Shown here piece by piece: positions 40,716-50,437 of a DNA stretch of 64,000 nt. The stretch is taken from assembly GCA_903829945.1 (NCBI GenBank), contig CAIKRV010000059.1, positions 5,897 to 69,896 of the forward strand. Reading direction: 5' to 3'. The DNA comes from an uncultured bacterium. GTDB taxonomy: Bacteria; Bacteroidota; Bacteroidia; CAILMK01. The notes below the pieces were generated by a model. It searched no databases. It saw nothing but the letters and a program-made list of their open reading frames with translations, and was not told the origin of the DNA. Numbering within the stretch: the stretch's first letter is position 1; every line of letters starts with the position of its first letter. A program made the translations under genes and the position numbers.

Positions 40716-42122
40716 ATGGGCGTAAATATATTACATTTCTCCTACCTCATAGCTTCCATCACTTTTATCCTCGGACTAAAAATGCTGAGTCATCCAAAAA
40801 CGGCACAAAGAGGAAATCTAATTGCTGCTATTGGGATGTTCATTGGTATTGTGGCTACTATTTTCTTATATGAAAAAGATGGTAACCATTTAGGCAATTA
40901 TACATGGATCTTTAGCGGAATGGCAGTGGGTACCATTGTTGGTACCTTAATGGCTAAAAAAGTTAAAATGACAGCCATGCCGCAGATGGTTTCTTTCTTC
41001 AATGGCATGGGTGGTGCGTGTGCAGCTATTATATCAATTGTTGAATATAATCGCTTAGCAAACGCTGGAATTAGTTTTGATGCCAATACCATGAAATTGG
41101 AGGTGCTTACCATTTTATTAGGACTAATAATTGGTAGTGTATCCTTTGCAGGAAGTATTATTGCGTATTTAAAACTTGAAGGTAAATTAGGCGACAAGTC
41201 TTTACCGGGAGCTCAAATTATTAATTTAGTATTATTGGCAGGATTATTAGTCCTTATAGGTTGGTTAATATCCTTGGGTCATGCTAATATGGCCTATATT
41301 GCCATATTAATTGTATTTGCATTACTATATGGAATTTTATTTGTGCTGCCCATTGGCGGTGCGGATATGCCGGTGGTCATTTCCCTTTTAAATTCTTTTA
41401 CAGGTATGGCTGCTGTTTTTGGTGGCTTCCTTTATAATAACCAAGCTATGCTTACCGGTGGTATTTTTGTTGGTTCAGCCGGTACTATTTTAACGATCTT
41501 AATGTGTAAAGCCATGAACCGCTCCTTAACTAATGTTATTATCGGCTCCTTTGGCGGAAACAAAGCTGGTGATGCAAGAGAGGTTAGTGGTACCATCAAA
41601 GAAATATCCTTAAATGATGCTGCTGTTTTAAGTTATTATGCCCAAAAAGTAATAATTGTACCGGGTTATGGATTAGCCGTAGCCCAAGCACAACATACTT
41701 GCCATGAATTTGAAAAAACCTTAGAGGCGAATGGCGTCATTGTAAAATACGCTATCCATCCTGTAGCTGGACGTATGCCGGGTCATATGAATGTACTTTT
41801 AGCAGAAGCTGACGTGGCTTATGATAAATTACTAGAAATGGAAACAGCAAACGAAGAATTTGCTACTACAGATTTAGTATTAGTTATTGGTGCAAATGAT
41901 GTGGTAAATCCCGCTGCTAAAAATGATCCTGCATCACCTATTTATGGTATGCCAATTTTGGAAGTAGAACTTGCCAAAAATATTATTATTTTGAAAAGAG
42001 GTATGGCAAAAGGTTACGCCGGAATTGAAAATGAATTATTTTATTCTGATAAAACGCGTATGCTATTTGGAGATGCTAAAGTTTCTTTACAAAACTTACT
42101 TTCTGAAGTTAAGTCCCTATAA
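40716..42122 (+). CDS. pntB: NAD(P) transhydrogenase beta subunit
   Basis: MTAMPQMV, IGGADMPVVISLLNS, PGYGLAVAQAQH, HPVAGRMPGHMNVLLAEA, GANDVVNPAA. Confidence 0.96.
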   Translation: MGVNILHFSYLIASITFILGLKMLSHPKTAQRGNLIAAIGMFIGIVATIFLYEKDGNHLGNYTWIFSGMAVGTIVGTLMAKKVKMTAMPQMVSFFNGMGGACAAIISIVEYNRLANAGISFDANTMKLEVLTILLGLIIGSVSFAGSIIAYLKLEGKLGDKSLPGAQIINLVLLAGLLVLIGWLISLGHANMAYIAILIVFALLYGILFVLPIGGADMPVVISLLNSFTGMAAVFGGFLYNNQAMLTGGIFVGSAGTILTILMCKAMNRSLTNVIIGSFGGNKAGDAREVSGTIKEISLNDAAVLSYYAQKVIIVPGYGLAVAQAQHTCHEFEKTLEANGVIVKYAIHPVAGRMPGHMNVLLAEADVAYDKLLEMETANEEFATTDLVLVIGANDVVNPAAKNDPASPIYGMPILEVELAKNIIILKRGMAKGYAGIENELFYSDKTRMLFGDAKVSLQNLLSEVKSL

Positions 42123-42138
42123 CAAGGACCAAAATTAT

Positions 42139-42180
42139 ATAAACAAAAAAAATCCTGATACCAGGATTTTTTTTGTTTAT
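42139..42180. terminator. Bidirectional terminator between pntB and the DUF885 gene
   Basis: Perfect 19-bp arms ATAAACAAAAAAAATCCTG-ATAC-CAGGATTTTTTTTGTTTAT. Confidence 0.85.
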
Positions 42181-42196
42181 GGCTATACTGTTTTAC

Positions 42197-44032
42197 TTAC
42201 TTTTTACTTTTAATATAATCATCTGTTAATGCTTCCAAAACCCCTAAAGGAACTGCTCCTGAAGTTAGAACCACATCATGGAATTCGCGGATATTAAATT
42301 TAGTGCCTAATGCATTTTTGGCCTTCTCACGTAGTTCCAATATTTTATTCATTCCCACCTTATATGCTGTAGCTTGGCCCGGCCAAATAATATATCTTTC
42401 AATCGCTTTTATACATTCTCCCGGTGGTTCTGCAGTATTTTCTTCAAAGTACTTAATCGCTTGTTCTCTGGTCCAATGCTTATAATGAATCCCGGGATCA
42501 ACCACCAAGCGAGCGGCTCTTAATAATTCCATACTTAAACGACCAAAATCTTGAACAGGATCTTGGTACAAATTCATCTCCTTGCCTAACCTTTCGGTAT
42601 ATAAACCCCAGCCTTCTACGTAAGCTGTATATTCACCATATCTTCTGAATTTAGGAACATCTTTCAATTCCTGAGCAATGGCGATTTGCATATGATGTCC
42701 GGGGATGCCCTCGTGATACGCCAAGGCTTCTAATTGATACACCGGGATGGCACTCATATCCGATAAATTAACATAAAACCTTCCCGGACGCGAACCATCA
42801 GGTGCCGGCTGATCATAAAATGCCTGACCGGTTGATTTTTCTCTGAAGGCTTCTACGCGTTTTACAACAATAGGTGCTTTAGGTTTAGTTATAAAAATCT
42901 CATCCAAGCGATTTCGCATATGGTCAATATACCCTTCTGCCTGATGTAGAAATTTTAATTTATCGGCCTCTGAATTGGTATAAAACGAAGATTTATCAGT
43001 GGACATAAAATGCAAAAATTCGCTCAAGTTATCATTTTTATAATGAAGCTTCTTCATGATCTGATGAATTTCAGCATGTATCCTGGCCACTTCCTTTTCA
43101 CCTAAATTAAATATTTGTTCCGGAGTCATATCCGTGGTGGTCATTTCCTTCACTTGCTCCTTATAAAAGTTATCTCCATCCGGAAATTTCCAAGCACCGG
43201 CATCATTGGTGGCTTGAAGTTCTAATTTTTCCAAGGATGCGATCAAATTTTCGTAGGCAGGTTTTACTGAATTCAGTAGTGCTTTATTCGCCTGTGCCTG
43301 CAATTCCTTTTTAAGTTCAGGCTTTAATTTTAGTTTATCAATTTTAGTATTAAAATCAGCGAGAATATCGCAATCCTCCTTAGATTGGTCAAATGGTTTT
43401 CCTTTAAGTACATTTTTACAGGAGGTAATTACTTTAGGAAAAACAAATTTTGGCGTCAATATTCCTTTGGAAGCCCGAACTTGAATTTTTACAATCAATT
43501 GTTGAAAAAGTGAATTTACTTTTTCAAGTCTGCTGATATAGTCTTTGGCATCTTGCAAACTATCTATTCTATGCACATTCATTAAAAAGGTAGGAACTTC
43601 AGCATGCAATCCATCTTCTTGATTTACAACATAATTATAATATAAATACTTTTGTCCGGCTATACGTTGTTCGCAATTATACTTAAATAATTTATAACTG
43701 ATTTTTCCTTGCGCATTTAAAGAATCAGGATGAATGGAAGTTAACAAATATTTTAATTGGCTTTGAATTATTTTAGTATCCTCCATAAAGAAACTGTCTG
43801 AAATATCATCCCAAGAACCATAATTCTTTTTGATACCTAAATAAGATAATTGCATAGGATGTCTATTACAAATAACATCAAAAGAACTATCAAAAAATTT
43901 ATTGGCCTGTGCGGTATATTTTGATTGGATTTTTGAATCAAGCACATGATTTCGATTATCATGATGCTGACAAGAAACTAAGTTTAGCCCAAGCAGAACA
44001 AATAAAAAATAGAAGGGATAATAAATCTTCAT
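42197..44032 (-). CDS. DUF885 family lipoprotein
   Basis: Lipobox LVSC; HEGIPGHHMQ, YVEGWGLYTE, RAARLVVD.GIH, ERY..WPGQATAYK, FHD.VL..G.VPL. Confidence 0.9.
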   Translation of the reverse strand: MKIYYPFYFLFVLLGLNLVSCQHHDNRNHVLDSKIQSKYTAQANKFFDSSFDVICNRHPMQLSYLGIKKNYGSWDDISDSFFMEDTKIIQSQLKYLLTSIHPDSLNAQGKISYKLFKYNCEQRIAGQKYLYYNYVVNQEDGLHAEVPTFLMNVHRIDSLQDAKDYISRLEKVNSLFQQLIVKIQVRASKGILTPKFVFPKVITSCKNVLKGKPFDQSKEDCDILADFNTKIDKLKLKPELKKELQAQANKALLNSVKPAYENLIASLEKLELQATNDAGAWKFPDGDNFYKEQVKEMTTTDMTPEQIFNLGEKEVARIHAEIHQIMKKLHYKNDNLSEFLHFMSTDKSSFYTNSEADKLKFLHQAEGYIDHMRNRLDEIFITKPKAPIVVKRVEAFREKSTGQAFYDQPAPDGSRPGRFYVNLSDMSAIPVYQLEALAYHEGIPGHHMQIAIAQELKDVPKFRRYGEYTAYVEGWGLYTERLGKEMNLYQDPVQDFGRLSMELLRAARLVVDPGIHYKHWTREQAIKYFEENTAEPPGECIKAIERYIIWPGQATAYKVGMNKILELREKAKNALGTKFNIREFHDVVLTSGAVPLGVLEALTDDYIKSKK

Positions 44033-44184
44033 TGCAAAAAATATGTACTAAGTTTCTACAATATTAGTGAATATCTCTGAAATGCACCACCATACAATAA
44101 GTATAAACATACAAAAAGAGCATATTAAAGCAAATTTTAGAGATTAAATTTATAATTTTTCATTATTATTGCAGATATAAATTT

Positions 44185-46650
44185 ATGAGCAAAAACAATA
44201 AAAAGACATCCGCGAACACTGCTCCAAGTACTAAAAGTATCAAAATGGATATTGAATCCATGGGAGCAAAAGGGGAATTGAAGGGCATTTTAGGTCAAAG
44301 CCATATTCAAGCATTGATCATTTTTATTTTAGCATTTTGCGTTTATGCCAATACGATCCCTAATTTTTATGTCCAGGATGATGCCGCGGCCATTCAAGAA
44401 AATAAACTAGTGCTTCAAGGGGTACACGGTATCCCAAAGCTATTAACTACCGGATTTATTTATGGTTTAACCGGCTCCAATGAAGGTACCTACCGACCGG
44501 TATCTTTAATTTCTTATGCCGTTGAATATAGCTTATGGGGAGAAAATCCTCATTTAAGTCATTTAATTAATATTTTGCTTTTTGCCATTACGGTAGTTCT
44601 ATTATTTTATACCCTGCGCCTATTATTTGGTAAAAACTATGGATTATTATGTTTTATAACGGCATTATTATATGCAGCACATCCCATCCATACCGAAGCT
44701 GTATCAAATATAAAAAGCAGAGATGAAATTTTAAGCTTTTTATTTGCCTTAATTAGCCTATTCAGCTTTTTAAAAATTGCAAATAATTATAAAGGTAATT
44801 TCCTGACTAAAGATTATGCGTGGATGGTAGTAGGCATGCTTTCCTTCTTCGTTTCTATGGCATCCAAAGAAGGGACATTGCCATTTATCATTATAATACC
44901 TATGACCATTTATTTCTTTAAAAACTCAGAAAAGAAATTAATTATCGGAAGTATTATTAGCGTAGGTGTAGTGGTTTGCGCCTATTTAATGGTTCGTTAT
45001 GAATTATTTGGCAGCATCAAAAATGTACATGTCACTATTCAAAAAACGGACAATATTTTAGCTTATTCTGATGGTGGCAGACAACCTTTAGCAACTGCAT
45101 TTGTAATTCTTATCAGATATATTATTTTATTAATCTTTCCACATCCTTTATCCTATGATTATTCATTTAATCAGTTACCCTTATATAAATGGACCGATTG
45201 GCAGGCCATTGGCTCATTGCTCTTAATCATAGGAATATTGATTTTAGGAATTATTAAAATTATGAAGAAAGAAATTATTGGATTTGCAATTTTATTTTTC
45301 TTTTTAACCATTTCTGTAGTTGCCAATATTTTTATGATTATTGGTTCCTCCATGGCTGAACGTTTTTTATACATGCCATCAGTGGGTTTTTGCTTAATAT
45401 TATCCTATTTTATTGTTAAGTATTTATTCAGGCCCAATCAAGAAGGAAAAATCTCCAATATAGGTTGGATAATTAGTTTGGTAATTTTAAGCTTATATAG
45501 CATTAAAACATTTTCCAGAAATAAAGATTGGAAAGATAATATTACCTTGTATACGGAAGATGTAAAACATGCTCCCAAAAGCGCACGAACACACTACTCT
45601 TTGGGTACACAATTAAATGTTAATGCTCGAATTGAAAAAGACACGGCCAAACGTAGAGAAATGAGATTGGTGGCAGAACAGGAATTATTAAAGGCATTAG
45701 AAATAAATCCAGAGTATCCGGATGCCATGATAAATTTAGGAAACGTGTATCATGAATTAGGTGAGTTTGATAAAGAATTGGAAATGCTTAGCCATGTAAG
45801 CAGTGATGCAAAAGGAACTGCTCAAGTTTTATTTAATTCCGGCAATGGATTTTTAAGTAAAAATGATTTTAGAGGAGCCATCAGACAGTATAGATCAGCA
45901 TTAAATTTAAAGCCAGACATAACGATGCCTTATGTCAATATGGGCATCGCTTATTCTTCTATAGGAATGAAAGATTCAGCTATCTATTTTTTAGAGAAAG
46001 CCATTGAATTGGATCCAAAACTTATTCAAGCGTATATAAATTTAGGTTCTGCCTATACTGCAAAAGGGAATCAATATATTCCTAAAGCGATTGATATTTA
46101 TAATAGGGCATTAAAACTCGATCCGAAATCCGGTGAAACATATATTAACTTAGGTTCGGCGGAAATTAATGCTAAAATGTATACCCAAGCGATGGTGCAT
46201 TTACAAAAAGGCATTTTATTAAAACCGGATGCACCGGAAGCATATTATAATTTAGGTTATGCTTATCAGTTGCAAAAAAATTATAATGAAGCGCTTTCCT
46301 ACTATGCAAAAGCATTAAAAATAAAAGATACTTACTCGGAAGCTTATTTAAATACCGGCTCATGTTATGAGTACATGAACCAATTTGAAAAAGCAATTAG
46401 CTATTTTAATAAAGTAGTAAATTTAAACGTAAACCTTTTACAAGCTTATATGAATTTGGGATACTGTTATACCAAACTCAACAAAGCAAATGATGCTATT
46501 AACTATTATAATAAAGCTACAGAACTTTCTCCTAACGAATATCGCGCTTATGCAAGTTTGAATGGTATTTATAAAAAATTAGGAGATAAAGCCAAAGAAA
46601 AATATTATTATGACAAGTATATGGCGGCGAAAAAAGCAAATGGTGAATAA
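44185..46650 (+). CDS. TMTC-like GT-C membrane glycosyltransferase with C-terminal TPR array
   Basis: YVQDDAAAIQEN (DD loop), YRPVS, HPIHTEAVSNIKSRDE, SKE, PLSYDYS, AERFLYMPS, followed by about 10 TPR repeats. Confidence 0.85.
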   Translation: MSKNNKKTSANTAPSTKSIKMDIESMGAKGELKGILGQSHIQALIIFILAFCVYANTIPNFYVQDDAAAIQENKLVLQGVHGIPKLLTTGFIYGLTGSNEGTYRPVSLISYAVEYSLWGENPHLSHLINILLFAITVVLLFYTLRLLFGKNYGLLCFITALLYAAHPIHTEAVSNIKSRDEILSFLFALISLFSFLKIANNYKGNFLTKDYAWMVVGMLSFFVSMASKEGTLPFIIIIPMTIYFFKNSEKKLIIGSIISVGVVVCAYLMVRYELFGSIKNVHVTIQKTDNILAYSDGGRQPLATAFVILIRYIILLIFPHPLSYDYSFNQLPLYKWTDWQAIGSLLLIIGILILGIIKIMKKEIIGFAILFFFLTISVVANIFMIIGSSMAERFLYMPSVGFCLILSYFIVKYLFRPNQEGKISNIGWIISLVILSLYSIKTFSRNKDWKDNITLYTEDVKHAPKSARTHYSLGTQLNVNARIEKDTAKRREMRLVAEQELLKALEINPEYPDAMINLGNVYHELGEFDKELEMLSHVSSDAKGTAQVLFNSGNGFLSKNDFRGAIRQYRSALNLKPDITMPYVNMGIAYSSIGMKDSAIYFLEKAIELDPKLIQAYINLGSAYTAKGNQYIPKAIDIYNRALKLDPKSGETYINLGSAEINAKMYTQAMVHLQKGILLKPDAPEAYYNLGYAYQLQKNYNEALSYYAKALKIKDTYSEAYLNTGSCYEYMNQFEKAISYFNKVVNLNVNLLQAYMNLGYCYTKLNKANDAINYYNKATELSPNEYRAYASLNGIYKKLGDKAKEKYYYDKYMAAKKANGE

Positions 46651-46673
46651 ATAGTAAGGCCTTGATAAAAATT

Positions 46674-46708
46674 AAAAAGCTTGCAACAATATTGCAAGCT
46701 TTTTTTTT
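46674..46708 (+). terminator. Intrinsic terminator after the TMTC-like gene
   Basis: AAAAAGCTTGCAA-CAATA-TTGCAAGCTTTTT followed by more T. Confidence 0.82.
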
Positions 46709-46896
46709 GTTGCCTACCCTTTATTTTTTTTGTTTTTATTAACGAAATGTGCCTTTAAAAAATGCTTGCAAAGGTGTTGCATTTAATATAATTTTTGTCT
46801 TTTCTTATGTCTTAAGATTAGTCGTAACTTTCTTTTTATCATTCATTTATAAACATCGCTTTAAAATTCAATATACACCATTATAGGTTTTAAAAC

Positions 46897-46930
46897 TGAC
46901 ATTAATCATATTTGAATATGACACATGTCA
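46897..46930. promoter_or_regulatory. Two tandem TGA-N6-TCA dyads (CRP/FNR-family-like boxes)
   Basis: TGACATTAATCA (46897-46908) and TGACACATGTCA (46919-46930), 22 bp apart, upstream of the redox operon. Confidence 0.5.
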
Positions 46931-46999
46931 AGATAATACCCTGCTATAAAGCGGCAACATTTGTGGCGAAAATATACTGTACATCCAAAATTTATAACG

Positions 47000-47986
47000 A
47001 TGGAAAACGGATCTGAAAAAACACAAGATGAAATCCCAAATTCGAATCGACGGAATTTTTTAAAAATCGGATTATTAACGTCCGGTGCAGTTGCTGTTGG
47101 TTCATTAGGAATTCAAAAGCTTTTTTCCAAGGATGAAACCGGTAAAGGCGGAGTTAAAACTATAGTCCACACTAATGATGGTAAAGTTTATGAAGCCAAT
47201 ACTGCTCATATGAAAGAATGTGAAGTTACACCGGTTTCAAACGAAGAAGCAAGGCGCGGAATTCCAGGCAAAAAATTTGTAATGGTCATTGATGAAGCCA
47301 AATGTGACGGCTGTAAAAAATGTACCGAAGCATGCCAATCCATGCATTATATTCCTTCCGATAGGGAGTGGATAAAAGTATTTAAAATGCAAGACTCTGA
47401 AAGTACCCAACCGTACTTTTTCCCAAAACCATGTTTCCACTGCGATAATCCTCCATGTACCAAAGTATGTCCGGTGAATGCTACCTTTAAAAGGCAGGAC
47501 GGAATTGTTTTGGTAGATAATGAACGTTGCATCGGATGTCGTTCATGCATGGCAGCTTGCCCCTATTCAACCAGGTTCTTTAATTGGACCCGGCCTGAAA
47601 ATCCTCCTGCAATGGCTGGTATCACTTATTCTCCTGAACAAGGATTCCCGCGCAAAGTCGGTACTGTAGAAAAATGTGATTTCTGTCCTCATATGGCCAG
47701 AGAAGGCAAATTACCTGCTTGCGTTTCAGGATGCCCTATGAATGCAATTTATTTTGGTGATCAAAATGAAGATGCAGTAACCAATTCTTCCGGTGTTACG
47801 GTTCGTTTAAGTCAACTTTTAGAAGATAATGCCGGTTACCGCCATTTAGAAGAATTAGGTACTGAGCCACGTGTTTATTACTTACCGGCCAAAAACAGAA
47901 AATATCCTAAACCGGAAATGAATGGTAAGGAAGAAAAACATGCTGAGAAAAAAGCCAGCACGGAAATGTCAGGTATGAATATGTAA
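47000..47986 (+). CDS. TAT-signal 4x[4Fe-4S] ferredoxin subunit (NrfC/PsrB/DmsB family)
   Basis: SNRRNFLK twin-arginine motif; CDGCKKC..AC, CFHCDNPPC..VCP, CIGCRSCMAACP, CDFC...CVSGCP. ATG 47000 preferred over TTG 46961. Confidence 0.92.
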   Translation: MENGSEKTQDEIPNSNRRNFLKIGLLTSGAVAVGSLGIQKLFSKDETGKGGVKTIVHTNDGKVYEANTAHMKECEVTPVSNEEARRGIPGKKFVMVIDEAKCDGCKKCTEACQSMHYIPSDREWIKVFKMQDSESTQPYFFPKPCFHCDNPPCTKVCPVNATFKRQDGIVLVDNERCIGCRSCMAACPYSTRFFNWTRPENPPAMAGITYSPEQGFPRKVGTVEKCDFCPHMAREGKLPACVSGCPMNAIYFGDQNEDAVTNSSGVTVRLSQLLEDNAGYRHLEELGTEPRVYYLPAKNRKYPKPEMNGKEEKHAEKKASTEMSGMNM

Positions 47987-48003
47987 ACTAATTAGAAATT
48001 AAA

Positions 48004-49461
48004 ATGGAACAAAATACTATAAGCTCTAACATTTCTAATGGAACCATGAAAACCGGTTCGCATGAAGCAATGGTAAAAGCAAAAATTGAAACTATTCGTG
48101 AAGATAGTTTGCGCCCTACCAGAGTATGGGGTAAATCAACAAAATTATTTCTTGGATTCCTATTTTGCGTTGCAGGATGGGGCCTTTTTGCTTACGTATA
48201 TCAATGCATCCATGGATTGGGTGCAACAGCTATGCGTAATTATGTATCCTGGGGATTATATATATCCACCTTTGTATTCTTTATTGGTATAAGTCACTCA
48301 GGAACCTTGGTTTCTGCAATACTTAGAATTACCAAACAAGAATGGAGAAGACCAATTACTCGTTCTGCGGAATTGATGACTTTTGTGTCATTATTATTTG
48401 GTGGTATTATGCCAATATTAGATTTAGGACGTCCTGATCGTTTACAAAATTTAGTAATACATGGACGTTTACAATCACCACTAATTTGGGACGTTATTTG
48501 TATTTCCACCTATTTTGTTGGAAGTACCATGTTTTTGTATTTACCTATGATACCGGATATGGCACTCTGCAGAGACCGCTTACCTGAAGGTTCCTCAAAA
48601 TTTAAAAAATGGATATATACTAAATTGGCTATTGGATGGACAGGTACAACCAGTCAATGGCATAGGTTGGAAAAACTAATGAACATCATGACCATTATTA
48701 TTATTCCAATTGCAGTATCTGTGCATACGGTAGTAAGCTACATATTTGCAATGACCTTAAGACCGGGATGGGATAGCACCGTATTCGGTCCTTACTTCGT
48801 AGCCGGTGCTCTATATAGTGGTTCTGCAACGGTTATTATAGCCATGGCAGTATTCCGTAAGTTATACGGTTTAGAAAAATACATTACTCCAAGGCATTTT
48901 GATTTAATGGGAAAAATAGTTTTGGTATTAACCTTAGTCTATGCTTACCTCAACTTAAATGAATATTGGATTCCTGCCTATAAGATGACCACTTCTGAAG
49001 GACATTTATTAAAAGATTTATTTTACGGTACCTATTCCAAAGTATTCTGGACATTGCAATTTGGCACAGTGCTTCTTCCTATTGTTATCATGTCCATTCC
49101 TAAAGGAAGAAGAATAAAACCTTTGATCTTTGCATGTATAGTAATTGTAATTGGTGCTTGGATTAAACGATATATAATTGTTGTACCTACCTTATTGCAC
49201 CCATACATGCCCATTCAACAAGTTCCTACCGATTGGTCTTCCTATTTTCCTAATTGGGTAGAATGGTCAGTTACCTTTGGTGCGCTATCCGGCATCTTTA
49301 TCGTAATTACATTATTCTCCAAGTTATTCCCAATGATGGCAGTTTGGGAAGTGGAAGAAGGCGTAGAAATTGATGAAGACAAACTTCTGGCCATTGAAAT
49401 AAGAGATAAACGTGCCGCAGAAAAAAGAGGAGATATATCTGCTCCTATTGCAGCCAATTAA
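48004..49461 (+). CDS. NrfD/PsrC-family integral membrane quinone-interacting subunit, ActC-like
   Basis: WGLYISTFVFFIGISHSGTLVSAILR, RSAELMT, DLGRP, SPLIWDV, AVSVHTVVS, PGWDSTVFGPYFVAGALYSG; about 10 TM. Confidence 0.9.
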   Translation: MEQNTISSNISNGTMKTGSHEAMVKAKIETIREDSLRPTRVWGKSTKLFLGFLFCVAGWGLFAYVYQCIHGLGATAMRNYVSWGLYISTFVFFIGISHSGTLVSAILRITKQEWRRPITRSAELMTFVSLLFGGIMPILDLGRPDRLQNLVIHGRLQSPLIWDVICISTYFVGSTMFLYLPMIPDMALCRDRLPEGSSKFKKWIYTKLAIGWTGTTSQWHRLEKLMNIMTIIIIPIAVSVHTVVSYIFAMTLRPGWDSTVFGPYFVAGALYSGSATVIIAMAVFRKLYGLEKYITPRHFDLMGKIVLVLTLVYAYLNLNEYWIPAYKMTTSEGHLLKDLFYGTYSKVFWTLQFGTVLLPIVIMSIPKGRRIKPLIFACIVIVIGAWIKRYIIVVPTLLHPYMPIQQVPTDWSSYFPNWVEWSVTFGALSGIFIVITLFSKLFPMMAVWEVEEGVEIDEDKLLAIEIRDKRAAEKRGDISAPIAAN

Positions 49462-49472
49462 TAACATTAAAA

Positions 49473-50390
49473 ATGAAAATAATGAAAAAGTTTATAATAC
49501 TACCACGGAATATAACAACTTCTTTGTTTGCTCTTACTTTAATGCTTATTGGTTATGCTGTATCTGCACAAACAAGTGAAAAAATGAATCCAAGCATTCA
49601 GTTATCAGTTACTACCAAGGCTGATCATAGTATGAGTGCTTCCGTATTTGTAACGGCAAATAGTAAGGCTGTTAAAAAAAGACAACCGGCAGGAAATGCT
49701 AAAATTAACTTTTATACTACGGCTAATGGAACTGAAAAACTATTAGGAAGTACCGTTACTGAAGGTAATGGTAAAGCTGAAATTACTTTTAAAGAAGCAT
49801 TACTACTTGATACCGGTAATAACTATACTGTAATTGCTAAAATTGAAAATGACCCGATGTATGAAAATACTGATGAAGACGTTCATTTCAAGAAAGCAAA
49901 TTTGACCATTAATTTAAAACAACAAGATACTTTAAAGTTAGCTATTGCTAAAATTACGAGCACAGATAAAAACGGCAAAGAAATTCCGGTTAAAAATACT
50001 GAACTAAGTTTCTTTATACAACGCTTATTCGGTGCTATGCCAATTGTAGAGGATAACAAAGTAACTACCGATGAAAATGGAGAAGCCACCTTTACTTTTC
50101 CAAAATCAATAACCATTCCCGGCGATGAGAAAGGGAATTTTATAGTCGTTGCTAAACTTATCGACAATGAAACCTATGGGAATATAGAAACCCATGGAAA
50201 AATCAATTGGGGCGTACCCGTTCCATTTGAAAAGAATCCTTTTCCACGTGCATTGTGGGAAGCAAACGCTCCTCCTGCCCTAGTGATTACTATTTGTTTA
50301 ATATTTGGAAGTGTATGGTCTATTTACTTCTTTATGTTCATGCAATTAGGTAAGATTAAAAAGGACAAAGGAATGCCAAGAGTATCCTAA
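49473..50390 (+). CDS. Hypothetical exported beta-rich protein with C-terminal membrane anchor
   Basis: Signal peptide (..VSAQ), Ig-like repeats (TEGNGKA / TDENGEA), C-terminal TM followed by KIKK; no heme motif. Confidence 0.7.
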   Translation: MKIMKKFIILPRNITTSLFALTLMLIGYAVSAQTSEKMNPSIQLSVTTKADHSMSASVFVTANSKAVKKRQPAGNAKINFYTTANGTEKLLGSTVTEGNGKAEITFKEALLLDTGNNYTVIAKIENDPMYENTDEDVHFKKANLTINLKQQDTLKLAIAKITSTDKNGKEIPVKNTELSFFIQRLFGAMPIVEDNKVTTDENGEATFTFPKSITIPGDEKGNFIVVAKLIDNETYGNIETHGKINWGVPVPFEKNPFPRALWEANAPPALVITICLIFGSVWSIYFFMFMQLGKIKKDKGMPRVS

Positions 50391-50437
50391 TAAAACAAGA
50401 AAACAATTTTATATCAACAATTTAATTAATTATAGTC

